From: Bacillota bacterium
Lineage (GTDB): Bacteria > Bacillota > Clostridia > Acetivibrionales > DTU013
Assembly: GCA_023439545.1 (NCBI GenBank)
Contig: JAEXNT010000019.1
Span: 37,313-101,312 of the forward strand
Direction: 5' to 3'
Length of the DNA stretch: 64,000 nucleotides
The translations under genes and the position numbers were made by a program. This document shows, piece by piece, positions 9,209 through 18,717 of the stretch (positions are counted from its first letter, which is position 1; every line of letters starts with the position of its first letter). The notes under the pieces were generated by a model. It searched no databases, was not told the origin of the DNA, and was given only the letters and a program-made list of their open reading frames with translations.

Positions 9209-10788
9209 CAGGCCACTTCCTCCTCCGCCGCTTCGGAATCATCCTGCGCGATCTGTCCCCCGCAGGCCTTATCAGCGCTTAGTTGGACGTACAGCGTGGA
9301 CAGGATAATACCTACCGCCGCCCAGAAGAACAGCATGACCCTGCGGTCAAACCAAACATATTCTATCATGCCATTGGCCAGAAGGCCTGTCAGTGAGGCC
9401 AGACCGGCAATGAGGATGTTTTTCACAACCTTGTCCCCCGTGTGGGTCAATGTCCTGATGCTCTTTTTAACTGTCGTCAATATGAACGCAAGGAATGTCA
9501 TTATCCCGGGGAAACCGGTCTCCAGCCACAGCTGCAGGTACAAATTATGGCTGTGGGAAGGTATGGAGCCTTTTACCACAAATATATGATAATTCTTTGA
9601 AATTCTTATCAAAGTATCGTTCCCGAGCCCAAGGCCGGTGAACCAGTAATCCTTCAGTATAGGAATGACAGTTTGCCATACGTCTATCCTCGTTTTGAAC
9701 GAACTATCGGCCATATTGAACGATTTTAACCGCATTAGAATGGAATGCGGTAAAAATGGAACTGCGGCGACAGCAAGCAATATCCCGACAGGTATGAGCC
9801 TTTTCTCCTGGAAAAACACATACACTACCGCCGCCAGCGCTATTGCGACCCAAGCACCGCGCGCCAGCGTCAGCAGCATCGACAGCAGCGGCGGCACAGC
9901 CATGGCGAGAAAAAGCAGCTTTGTGATTGTTCGTTTTGCATTGAAAGCCATTGCAAAATAGAAAGGCACGAAAATCAGTATGACCTCGGCAAAATCGTTC
10001 GGATTGTTGAAAAATGAAAAAACCCTCGTCATGCTGCCCTGGTTCAGATCGGTGTCCACCCATGCAGGATTTACGGGCACTTTGATGATGTACTGGTAAA
10101 TGCCGTACACTCCCGCGAGGGTCAGACCCGCCAATGCCACGGCCAGCAACTCGGATATTTCCTTTTTTGTCCTTAAGGTAACCACAAGTAGCAGAACCAT
10201 CATGAATCCGGTGAGGTAATACCCGAAAAATCTGAGGCTGTCGCCCGGTGTAATTGAAAATACCTGGCCCATGAGCACACAGATTATAAACAGCACCAGA
10301 AATACATTGAAGGCTGCAGTCTGAAAACCTGTGCGCCCCTCGGCAATGGTCTTCATAAAGTATAAAAGCAGCAGCGCCGTTATAGCCAGCGTGCTGTACA
10401 TGTTGTTCCAGTAGTCATACGGCGCTACTAATGCGACAAACAGGAAAACCGCCGTCAGCAGATGCAGCTTGCCGAATATATACTTCAGCAACCGGAATGC
10501 AACGCTTTGTGCTAAAGCGTCCTCCGCCTTCAGGTACAGTGGATGGAACACCCTCTGCGGCAGGTTTAGAAGTCCGTCGACCGCCTTATACAGGATGCTT
10601 CCCTCATAGGTCTTGTTCACGACGCCTTCACGGGCTGAAAAATCAATTATGGCACTGTTCGAAAACAGCCTGCCCAAAAAGGCCCCGCATTTCCTCAAAG
10701 CCATTGCAATCAAGCTTTCCTGCCAGGCTTTTGAAAAAAACGCACATATAATATATAGAAATTTATAAACCAAGCTTTCCTTTAGCAA
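9208..10788 (-). CDS. O-antigen ligase/polymerase (Wzy_C) family membrane protein
   Basis: 526-aa protein with at least 10 predicted TM helices and a Wzy_C-like loop region (LTLARGAWVAIALAAVVYVFF). Confidence 0.75.
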   Translation of the reverse strand: MLKESLVYKFLYIICAFFSKAWQESLIAMALRKCGAFLGRLFSNSAIIDFSAREGVVNKTYEGSILYKAVDGLLNLPQRVFHPLYLKAEDALAQSVAFRLLKYIFGKLHLLTAVFLFVALVAPYDYWNNMYSTLAITALLLLYFMKTIAEGRTGFQTAAFNVFLVLFIICVLMGQVFSITPGDSLRFFGYYLTGFMMVLLLVVTLRTKKEISELLAVALAGLTLAGVYGIYQYIIKVPVNPAWVDTDLNQGSMTRVFSFFNNPNDFAEVILIFVPFYFAMAFNAKRTITKLLFLAMAVPPLLSMLLTLARGAWVAIALAAVVYVFFQEKRLIPVGILLAVAAVPFLPHSILMRLKSFNMADSSFKTRIDVWQTVIPILKDYWFTGLGLGNDTLIRISKNYHIFVVKGSIPSHSHNLYLQLWLETGFPGIMTFLAFILTTVKKSIRTLTHTGDKVVKNILIAGLASLTGLLANGMIEYVWFDRRVMLFFWAAVGIILSTLYVQLSADKACGGQIAQDDSEAAEEEVA

Positions 10789-10792
10789 CGGT

Positions 10793-11290
10793 CTACCCCT
10801 TTATCTCTTTAATTCCGGAGATCTTGGCATAACTGAACGTATTACCTATTCTCCACTCGGTAGCGTTTTTGTTGATGTAATACTCGATATTGCTGAAAGT
10901 AACGCCCTTCGACGAGTAGACGCCTTGCCCTTCAAATGTTACAACAAGCGAATTATAACCGTCTTTTGATCCCTGTATGACCAAACCGTTGCTGTTGAGG
11001 AAGTAGCTCTTGTCCTTGCCGACTTTTACATCCGTTACCTTGCCCAGTACTATATTCTGTACCCTGTCCTGTACGACGTCTCCCACCTTGATACTATTTG
11101 CCACATAATCATTTACCGATTCGAGGCTTAGCGTCATCTGTACGGTCTGTGTCGGCGTAAAAGGCGTGACTGTGCCCGACTTCCCGAATTTGTAATACAA
11201 ACCGCCTGCCACCGCTATTATGATCAGGATAACCAGTACATCCACGATGCTGATTTTTCCGAATAATTTCCCTTTTTTGTCCAATAACAT
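10793..11290 (-). CDS. DUF4330 domain protein (N-terminal membrane anchor)
   Basis: MLLDKKGKLFGKISIVDVLVILIIIAVAGGLYYKF matches the DUF4330 N-terminal pattern. It is tightly packed between the GT4 and Wzy-like genes. Confidence 0.6.
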   Translation of the reverse strand: MLLDKKGKLFGKISIVDVLVILIIIAVAGGLYYKFGKSGTVTPFTPTQTVQMTLSLESVNDYVANSIKVGDVVQDRVQNIVLGKVTDVKVGKDKSYFLNSNGLVIQGSKDGYNSLVVTFEGQGVYSSKGVTFSNIEYYINKNATEWRIGNTFSYAKISGIKEIKG

Positions 11291-11320
11291 TACATTACTC
11301 TCCTTTACGATAATGGTTGC

Positions 11321-12439
11321 TTATAAGGCATTTTCCGAAGCTTGTCCGATGAACTCCTCATAAAAATTATAAGTTTGATCGGCCATTTTTACAAGATTGA
11401 ATTTCTCCTCGACGGCTTTCAGGGCATTACTTCTCAGCTCTTCCAGCAATCCGGGAGTATCCATGATATGTTTGATTTCCCACGCGGTGCCTTCGGCGTC
11501 GTCATATTCGACGAGGACTCCGCAGCCTGTTTCAGCATTTATAATGTCGTCATTGCCGCCCATGTCGGTCGCCACTACGGGAAGGCCGCTTGCGAGCGCT
11601 TCAAGGATCAGGAAGCTCGAGGCTTCATGCTCAGATGAGTTGAAATAAAGGTCGCTGCCGACGAAGAGATTTTTTATGTCCTGACGGAAACCAGCAAACA
11701 GAATATCTTTTGAAAGCCCCAGTTCCTCGGTCATCTGCTTTATTTCATCAAGCAGCGGGCCGTCGCCGGCCAGGATGCACTTCATTTTCCTGTCGGTCAT
11801 GCTTCTGAGCTTGTTGATGGTCCTGACAAGATACCTGTGACCCTTGTCGTGCGCAAACCTGGAAGCGCACAGTATAACGAAGGTATCGTCACTGATGCCG
11901 AATTCTTCACGAATCGTGGATTTTTCCGGCTTTCTCCAGTAGACCGGGTCCACCGCATTAAAAAGGACTCTGATCTTCGACGCGCTGACGCCGTTCGAGA
12001 TCATCATTTCCCTGCCCCTGTTGCAAACAGCTATTATACCCGATTCCAGAGGATTCATCAGCCGGTTGGACATCCTCGTTATGAAGTTGTTCCTCAGTAT
12101 GAAATGATTGGTATATGCAACCTTTGCCGGTGAGCCACGCAGCCGCGCCAGCATGGCTACATAGTTTTCCCTGAGGTAATGAGTATGCACCAGATCGATA
12201 TCGAGCCCTTTGCAAAGTTCGGCCAGCTTAGCCGCCGCCTTGAAATCGAACGGACTGTTCATTTCAATCCTATACGTCGGGATACCCAGTTCCTTGAGCC
12301 TTTCTACAAGTAAGCCTTCTTCGTTGTATGCAAAATATGCGTTGATCTTTTTCCCTTTAAGCTGCTCAATAAGCGTCTGTACGTATCGTTCCGTTCCCGC
12401 CTTACCCGCGTGGTTCAGCAGGTACAATACGTTCATCAA
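11321..12439 (-). CDS. Glycosyltransferase family 4 (GT-B fold)
   Basis: Contains NSSEHEASSFLILEALASGLPVVATDMGG (EX7E-type motif) with a GT4 N-terminal domain. Confidence 0.85.
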   Translation of the reverse strand: MMNVLYLLNHAGKAGTERYVQTLIEQLKGKKINAYFAYNEEGLLVERLKELGIPTYRIEMNSPFDFKAAAKLAELCKGLDIDLVHTHYLRENYVAMLARLRGSPAKVAYTNHFILRNNFITRMSNRLMNPLESGIIAVCNRGREMMISNGVSASKIRVLFNAVDPVYWRKPEKSTIREEFGISDDTFVILCASRFAHDKGHRYLVRTINKLRSMTDRKMKCILAGDGPLLDEIKQMTEELGLSKDILFAGFRQDIKNLFVGSDLYFNSSEHEASSFLILEALASGLPVVATDMGGNDDIINAETGCGVLVEYDDAEGTAWEIKHIMDTPGLLEELRSNALKAVEEKFNLVKMADQTYNFYEEFIGQASENAL

Positions 12440-12465
12440 GGAAATCGCCTCCTAACCCATGTTGT

Positions 12466-12683
12466 CTTTATGTCCCGAGGTTTTAGCGCCGGAAATGGAC
12501 ATACCTCATTTGGGGACATGCTTTATTTCGGGACATACCTTGTTACGGTATTTGAAGGTGTGTCCCTTTGCTTTAGCGTCGGAAAGGGACATTCCTTGCA
12601 ATGGTATTTGAAGGTGTGTCCCCTTGCTTTAGCGTCGGAAAGGGACATTCCTTGCAATGGTATTTGAAGGTGTGTCCCTTTAC
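12466..12683. repeat. Tandem repeat of about 58 bp (about 3.5 copies), each unit a hairpin
   Basis: The unit is ggtatttgaaggtgtgtccc(c)tttgctttagcgtcggaaagggacattccttgcaat. Copies start at about 12547 and 12604, with a partial copy at 12659-12683 and a degenerate copy at 12466-12546. Each unit contains the inverted repeat GTCCCTTT-N13-AAAGGGAC. Confidence 0.85.
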
Positions 12684-12813
12684 ATTATATCAGAAAAAAC
12701 AAAAACCAGCGCATCGGGATTTAAAATCCGGTGCGCCGGCTATTAATATCACAGCCGCACAGTGCGGCTGCGATTTGTTAAGGGGTATATGAAACATCGA
12801 ATGTATATTGGCG

Positions 12814-13251
12814 TTAGTTGATATCTATCCTGTGTGTCTTCGGTTTTCCCTCTGCGGATTTTGGCAGGTTCACTGTAAGCACTCCGTCGTTGTACTTCGC
12901 GGTAACATCCTCCTGTTTGACGCCATCCACCTGGAAACTCCTGCTGTAGGAACCGTATCTTCTTTCCTTCCTGATATAGTTTTCCCTGCTCTCATCAGTC
13001 TGTTCATTGTGTTCGACTCCGATAGTAAGTATCCCATCATTGAGCTCGAGCCTGATATCTTCCTTTCTTAAGCCAGGCATATCGGCCTCGACGATGTATT
13101 CCCTGTCTGTTTCGCGGACGTCGGCCTTAATCGGGTGCGCTGAGGTAAAGAAACCGAACGGCTCATTGAAGAAGTCCTCAAAAAGGTCAAACACGTCATT
13201 TTTAACTGTCAAATCATTCGTCCTTCTGTTGAATGGTACTAATCCGAACAT
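12814..13251 (-). CDS. Hsp20/alpha-crystallin family small heat-shock protein
   Basis: Alpha-crystallin domain (DVRETDREYIVEADMPGLRKEDIRLELNDGILTI...GVLTVNLPK). An AGAGGTG RBS lies 6 nt before the ATG at 13249-13251. The track start at 13260 is a GTG sitting on the RBS. Confidence 0.9.
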   Translation of the reverse strand: MFGLVPFNRRTNDLTVKNDVFDLFEDFFNEPFGFFTSAHPIKADVRETDREYIVEADMPGLRKEDIRLELNDGILTIGVEHNEQTDESRENYIRKERRYGSYSRSFQVDGVKQEDVTAKYNDGVLTVNLPKSAEGKPKTHRIDIN

Positions 13252-13362
13252 AAACAACACCTCTTTATATTATATTTAATTGGTATTTCGGTTGGTCACA
13301 GGCAACATAAGTTTTGTAACATTTTCTTTATGGCTTCGAACTGATGGCCCCCATCCGTTGCC

Positions 13363-13441
13363 TTTGACTTTCCTTGACCTTGGTTTAATTATAAAACCGA
13401 CTACGGCAATAAGCAAAATTAGATTTTGACTATCTTTGACC
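13363..13441 (-). promoter_or_regulatory. Sigma-A type promoter flanked by two CtsR operators upstream of hsp20
   Basis: Read on the gene strand: GGTCAAAGATAGTCAAA (13425-13441) matches the CtsR heptad repeat RGTCAAA-NAN-RGTCAAA perfectly. Then come TTGCTT (13411-13416), a 17-nt spacer and TATAAT (13388-13393). GGTCAAGGAAAGTCAAA (13363-13379, one mismatch) covers the predicted start site. Confidence 0.7.
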
Positions 13442-13495
13442 TACAAAATCGAAAAAATGCCCACTGCGCGAATTATCTAACTCTATCTCACTTTC

Positions 13496-15049
13496 TCAAG
13501 CTTTTCCTTGCTTTTTCATGCCCGACAATTCCAGCAGTTCCTTTGGCCTAAGTATACCTGTTATAAGCATCAACAGCAGAGCCAAAAGCCCGAATACAAG
13601 CAATGTCAGAAAGGTAGTCACGGTGCCCTCCGCATGCAAAACGCCGGAAAACCTTTTAATCAAGTTTCCGAGCAGGACCATTACCGCGCCTACAAGCCCG
13701 GGCTTTATCAGCCACTCCCTCAGGTCGAATACGAGGCCGGTTATCCTGTTTATTGCAATCAGGTTCAGCGTTTCGGTAAGAATAAGGCTGGCTGTCAATC
13801 CGAATATGTAGCTCCTGATGCCGAAGACTGGTATAAAGAAATAGGCCGCCGCAATTCTTATCAAAGAGCCGATAATAGTATTCAAAAGCAGCGTCCCCTG
13901 CTTTCCGAGCCCATTCATAACACCCGTCAGCATCTGCTGCAGATATATGAAAATGCATGCGAAAGCCAACATGAATAAAAGGTCCCCGATTTTCTCCCGC
14001 CTGTATACCAACGCTCCGATCTCGTCGGGGAAACTCAGAAACAGCGCTGTAAACATTATTCCGAGCAGGAACGTGGCCTGTATCGACTTGGATATCTGGT
14101 AGTTGACGGTCCGGAATCTTTTCAGAGATACCGACTCGGATATCGCAGGCACAAGCGTTGTCGCAAGGGAATTTGTAACGAGCGAAGGGAACATTATAAG
14201 CGGCAGCGCCATACCCGTAAGCCGCCCGAACAGTTCCATACTACTTTTGTCGTCCATTCCCCCCAGTGCGAGCATTGACGGGATCATTATGAATTCGACC
14301 GCAGACAGCGAGGAGATGACCAGCCGGTTTGCAGAGACCGGTACCGAGGCCTTCAGCAGCTCTGTTACAATTCTCCTTTTACACATGGGCTTTCCGGGAC
14401 TCCGTACTTTTATAAAAGGTCTTTGTCTGAATGAGAAAACGGCCAGCAGGATCAAAAGATTGGCAACCTCGCCCAGCGCAGCTGCAAGTGCAGCCACCGT
14501 ACAGGCGAATTCCGTCCCTTTCCCGCCGATCGCCGCTGCAAAAAGCAAAAGGACGCCTATTTTCACCGCCTGCTCGGCGATTTGCGACACCGCGGTAGGA
14601 ACTACCTGCTGTATGCCGTAAAAGTAGCCTTTAAGAGCAGATGCCGCCACAACGGCCGGAAGGCATGGCACAAGAACCAGGAGCGCATTATGCGTCCTTT
14701 CGTCGCCTAACACCTTCAGGCTCATCATATCGGCATTGACATAAATGAAAAGCGATACCGCAAGACCTGCAGCGACCACCAGGGCCAACGCACAAACAGT
14801 AATTCTGCCGGGATTGGCCTGATTGTTCCGGGCATTTTGCTCGGCAACCATTTTGGAAACGGCAATGGTCATGCCTGCCGTAATCGTCAATACAACGGCG
14901 GTATAGACGGGCACAATGAGTTCATATAAGCCCATACCTTCGGCGCCGATAAGGTTTGAAAGAAATATCCTGTATGCAAATCCGATCAGTCTGGCAATAA
15001 GGCCAGCCGCCATCAGGATGAATGCGCCTTTGACGAAAGATTTCCGCAC
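13496..15049 (-). CDS. spoVB: Stage V sporulation protein B (MurJ/MOP-family flippase)
   Basis: 517-aa polytopic protein. The N-terminus FVKGAFILMAAGLIARLIGFAYRIFLSNLIGAEGMGLYELIVPVY follows the SpoVB pattern. It could alternatively be a vegetative MurJ paralogue. Confidence 0.75.
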   Translation of the reverse strand: MRKSFVKGAFILMAAGLIARLIGFAYRIFLSNLIGAEGMGLYELIVPVYTAVVLTITAGMTIAVSKMVAEQNARNNQANPGRITVCALALVVAAGLAVSLFIYVNADMMSLKVLGDERTHNALLVLVPCLPAVVAASALKGYFYGIQQVVPTAVSQIAEQAVKIGVLLLFAAAIGGKGTEFACTVAALAAALGEVANLLILLAVFSFRQRPFIKVRSPGKPMCKRRIVTELLKASVPVSANRLVISSLSAVEFIMIPSMLALGGMDDKSSMELFGRLTGMALPLIMFPSLVTNSLATTLVPAISESVSLKRFRTVNYQISKSIQATFLLGIMFTALFLSFPDEIGALVYRREKIGDLLFMLAFACIFIYLQQMLTGVMNGLGKQGTLLLNTIIGSLIRIAAAYFFIPVFGIRSYIFGLTASLILTETLNLIAINRITGLVFDLREWLIKPGLVGAVMVLLGNLIKRFSGVLHAEGTVTTFLTLLVFGLLALLLMLITGILRPKELLELSGMKKQGKA

Positions 15050-15123
15050 ATGGCTGCTCCGATTATTGTTCCTGTTAATTTTTATTATTGGATTTCAGAT
15101 ATATGCTTCTTTTTTTGAGACAG

Positions 15124-16359
15124 TCATTTATATGACCCTTTGCTTTGTGAAGCCTGCAGCTTTCTCATTATCCTGTCGCGCCTTTTTTTAAGCTCCGCAA
15201 GCTGCGGACTGCCGGAAAGCCCCGCGTTCAGACATTTTTGCAATGCCTTCTCGACTATCGGCAGCGCGGCGCCGAAGTTCTTTTCCTTATGCTCGTAATA
15301 TTTGGCCATTTCGATCAGATGGAACAACTCAAAGCTTGGATCCTCGGCTTCGACAGCTTTCCAGTGTTCCAGCGCGCGTTCGATACTGCCGTTTCTCTTA
15401 TAAACACCCGTAAGCCGTTTGACGGCCTGCAGCTTGATATCGAATTGTCCGGAACCGCTGCATGCCTCAAGGCATTCAAGCATATCCCCGGTCCTGCCGT
15501 TGGCTTCGAAAAGCCTGCCCATTCCAAGCAGTTCAAAACCTCCGTCCGTTTCGGACAGCGGGCTTCTTAGCATTGCCGAAAGCCTTGCCACCAGTGAAAC
15601 CATCGAAAGTATGTCGAACTGGTTGTGCTGTATAACTTTTTTGATCTCGGAGGCATTTTTATCCTCGAGGTATTTAAAATATACAGCAGGTATCATCGCT
15701 CCCGGTATATCGTCCTCCCTGTGTTCACCCAGGATGTTTTCCTCAAGCGCCGTAAGTCTGCAGCTTTCCAGCTTGAGACCCCAGACCCTTCTGGCCGGAT
15801 AAAGCAGGTCAAGATGGGGGAAATCGCCGAAGCGGGGCCTGAATCTGTTTGAGATGAACCTGCTCTGCAGGAGATTGATATCAAAAGCCTTCCCATTAAA
15901 GGTCACAAAATTGCCATGTTTGCTGAAAAGCTCCTGAAGCTCGGAAAGCATGGCAGCTTCTTCGTCATAATCCCTGATGAAATATTGCCGCACGATATAG
16001 CGCTCGTCCTCAAAAAAGCCCACACCCACCAGGAACGCAAGCGTCCCGGCCCCGCCCGACAGCCCCGTTGTCTCGGTGTCCAGGAACAGAAGCTTTTCCG
16101 GCGCCAGCCCCGCACAGTCCTCGCCCCCCAGCGCGGCAAGTATGCCGCTGTCAGCAGACAACACGTCGCCAAGCCTGTATCCGCCGTAAAAATGGGACAG
16201 AGGATATTTGTTTTCAATAACATAGCAATACCCGAAACCGTTTGCCTGAACCTGCCCGGGTATCAATCTGTCTATATCGTATTCACTCTGTGGTCTGGCA
16301 GGCAAAGAAGGCTTTGCAGCACCTTCCTTATAAAGCCCCAGCTTGCTTCGCAGGTCCAC
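15124..16359 (-). CDS. mrfB: RNase H-like (DnaQ-fold) exonuclease with C-terminal TPR-like region, YprB/MrfB family
   Basis: Contains LFLDTETTGLSGGAGTLAFLVGVGFF (Exo I motif). It lies directly downstream of the YprA/MrfA-type helicase, as in B. subtilis yprA-yprB. Confidence 0.75.
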   Translation of the reverse strand: MDLRSKLGLYKEGAAKPSLPARPQSEYDIDRLIPGQVQANGFGYCYVIENKYPLSHFYGGYRLGDVLSADSGILAALGGEDCAGLAPEKLLFLDTETTGLSGGAGTLAFLVGVGFFEDERYIVRQYFIRDYDEEAAMLSELQELFSKHGNFVTFNGKAFDINLLQSRFISNRFRPRFGDFPHLDLLYPARRVWGLKLESCRLTALEENILGEHREDDIPGAMIPAVYFKYLEDKNASEIKKVIQHNQFDILSMVSLVARLSAMLRSPLSETDGGFELLGMGRLFEANGRTGDMLECLEACSGSGQFDIKLQAVKRLTGVYKRNGSIERALEHWKAVEAEDPSFELFHLIEMAKYYEHKEKNFGAALPIVEKALQKCLNAGLSGSPQLAELKKRRDRIMRKLQASQSKGSYK

Positions 16360-16375
16360 TTTTATCAGACTCCGT

Positions 16376-18646
16376 TCATACGTTATCCCTGATCATTTCT
16401 ATCAGCTTTAAAGTCAGTTCCTTTGGGTTGTCCGTCCCCGTGAACTCGTTCAGAGGGCCTACACAGGAAGGGCATCCCGTTTCACAGCCGCACTGCCTCA
16501 CCATTTCCGCCGCAGTCTCGAATAGCTCGCTGTGCAGCTCGTAAAGCTTGTCGCTGAACCCGACGCCTCCGGGGTAGCTGTCGTAAATATAGATTGTCGG
16601 GCGCTGCGTAAATGTTGCACGCACCTGATAAACCACATGTATGTCGCCCGGATCGCACATCAGGTAGATAGGCGCAGCATTCGCCAGCACATTGGATATC
16701 CCTAGCAGGCCGTTCTGGACGTCCGTCTGGGACATGTCCGGTATCGATTCCGGCAGGCTTACCCAATAGGACGTCGTATGCATTTCAAGTTCCGGCAGTG
16801 TCACGGGGCCCGAGCCGATATTCTCATGCGTGTGCAGTTTGATCTTCTTGAACATGGTTACGAGCGAGCTTACCGAGACCTCCCCGCTGCTCCTGTGCAC
16901 TGGCTTTCCGGTATCGCTGCGGAATTCGTCTATAACTTTCAGGTCCACAGCAAGGTTGGCATCGGTGTAATAATCCACATTAACCCTGCGAACATAGGCT
17001 TTCTTGTCGTCGAAGTCCAGTTTCTCCACCTGGTACTGTACGCCCTCGTGCATGTATATGGCTTCCTCATGCAGCAGCATTGGCGCGCTGAACCTGTCTG
17101 TCTCGCCAATTACAACGGGTTTCGGTTCTGTAATGTCGATAATAATGAAATTCTCGTTCGATGCGCTGCGCAGACTTATGTCATCGGCCGGGAACACATC
17201 GGACATCCAGTGCCAGCGGTCGCCCACATGCCTGACGAGCCTGGCCTCCTCCATAAACGAAAGGATCTCGGCAGTTGTTTCTACCCCGAATTTTTCTCCT
17301 GCTTCAAACGGCAGTTCAAATGCCGCGCATTTCATGTGATTATAGAGTATCACGAGGTTATCCGGATTTATGAGGCCATTCTCCGGGCTTTTCCCAAAAA
17401 AGTAATCGGGATTGTTTATAATATACTGATCGAGCGGACTGCTGCTCGCAACCAGGATTGCCGCCGATACGCCGCTCCTGCGGCCCGAACGGCCTGCCTG
17501 CTGCCAGGTGCTTGCTATGGCGCCGGGATAACCGCAAATGATGCAGGCTTCGAGCGCTCCGATGTCGATGCCGAGTTCAAGGGCATTCGTTGATACGACG
17601 CCGGTTATGCTTCCCTCGCGCAGCCCTTTTTCTATCTCGCGCCGTAAATTGGGCAGATAGCCTCCTCTATAGCCGCGAACCCTTCTGTCCCCTTCTCTGC
17701 TGCCATGATAGATATCCTTGAGATATGTCACCAACACTTCGACGTTCAGCCTGCTCCTTGTGAAAACTATAGTCTGCACATTGTTGCGGATCAGCGTCTC
17801 GGCGAGTCCCTCCGCCTCGAGCATGCTGCTTCTGCGGATACCGAGCTCTTTATTTACCAGCGGCGGGTTGTAGAAAATGATATGTTTTTTGGCAGTAGGC
17901 GCCCCGTTATTGTCGATCAGCTTGACCTCCGCGCCGGTTATCCTCGAAGCAAGCTCAGCCGGGTTTGCGATAGTGGCCGAGCAGCAGATGAAGATAGGGT
18001 CGGAGCCGTAGAAATTGCAGATCCTGCGCAGACGCCTCAGCACGTTTGCAAGGTGGCTGCCGAAAACGCCCCTGTAGTGGTGTATTTCATCTATTACAAC
18101 AAACTTGAGATTTTCGAAAAGCTTGGTCCATTTCGTGTGGTGCGGCAGTACACCGCTGTGGAGCATGTCCGGATTTGTCACTACGATGTGGCCCGCCTGC
18201 CTTATAGCCTTTCTTGCCGTCTGCGGCGTATCGCCGTCATAAGTGAAGGTCTTGACGTCGACCCCGGCCTCGGTTATCAGTTCATGAAGTTCGGCGGTCT
18301 GGTCCTGCGAAAGCGCCTTGGTCGGAAACAGAAAAAGCGCGCGTGATTCCTCGTCCTTCAATATGGCGTCGAGCACCGGGATGTTATAGCACATCGTTTT
18401 CCCCGAAGCCGTCGGAGTAACGACAACTACGCTGTTTCCATCGTGTACCGCCTGTATGGCGCCGGCCTGGTGCGAATACAGCCTTCTTACGCCCCTTCTT
18501 TCAAGCGCTGCCCGTATCCTGTCGTCTATAAAATCCGGGAACTCGTTATAAACTGCTTCTCTAGCGGGCAGCTCCACCCATGAGGTGATATTCTTCATTA
18601 TTCTATCCGACGCCTTGAAATAGTCCAGCATTTGCTCAAGATTCAT
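16376..18646 (-). CDS. mrfA: DEAD/DEAH-box helicase with C-terminal DUF1998 zinc domain, YprA/MrfA family
   Basis: Walker A (TPTASGKT), the DEIH box, and a C-terminal four-Cys cluster (CGCETGCPSCV). GGGAGG lies 5 nt before the ATG at 18644-18646. Confidence 0.85.
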   Translation of the reverse strand: MNLEQMLDYFKASDRIMKNITSWVELPAREAVYNEFPDFIDDRIRAALERRGVRRLYSHQAGAIQAVHDGNSVVVVTPTASGKTMCYNIPVLDAILKDEESRALFLFPTKALSQDQTAELHELITEAGVDVKTFTYDGDTPQTARKAIRQAGHIVVTNPDMLHSGVLPHHTKWTKLFENLKFVVIDEIHHYRGVFGSHLANVLRRLRRICNFYGSDPIFICCSATIANPAELASRITGAEVKLIDNNGAPTAKKHIIFYNPPLVNKELGIRRSSMLEAEGLAETLIRNNVQTIVFTRSRLNVEVLVTYLKDIYHGSREGDRRVRGYRGGYLPNLRREIEKGLREGSITGVVSTNALELGIDIGALEACIICGYPGAIASTWQQAGRSGRRSGVSAAILVASSSPLDQYIINNPDYFFGKSPENGLINPDNLVILYNHMKCAAFELPFEAGEKFGVETTAEILSFMEEARLVRHVGDRWHWMSDVFPADDISLRSASNENFIIIDITEPKPVVIGETDRFSAPMLLHEEAIYMHEGVQYQVEKLDFDDKKAYVRRVNVDYYTDANLAVDLKVIDEFRSDTGKPVHRSSGEVSVSSLVTMFKKIKLHTHENIGSGPVTLPELEMHTTSYWVSLPESIPDMSQTDVQNGLLGISNVLANAAPIYLMCDPGDIHVVYQVRATFTQRPTIYIYDSYPGGVGFSDKLYELHSELFETAAEMVRQCGCETGCPSCVGPLNEFTGTDNPKELTLKLIEMIRDNV

Positions 18647-18717
18647 AGCGGCCTCCCGAACATACATTCTGCTATTATTTTATTATAAAGCAAATACATT
18701 GTAAAGAAAGACCGCCT

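Noticed and set aside
12466-12683. Possible CRISPR array, given regularly spaced hairpin repeats
   Set aside because: The units abut one another with no unique spacers. The period is about 58 bp and is wholly repeated sequence. No cas genes are nearby. I treated it as a tandem repeat instead.
13261-13495. CIRCE/HrcA operator upstream of hsp20
   Set aside because: No TTAGCACTC-N9-GAGTGCTAA-like inverted repeat is present. The TTGAC-containing repeats match CtsR heptads instead.
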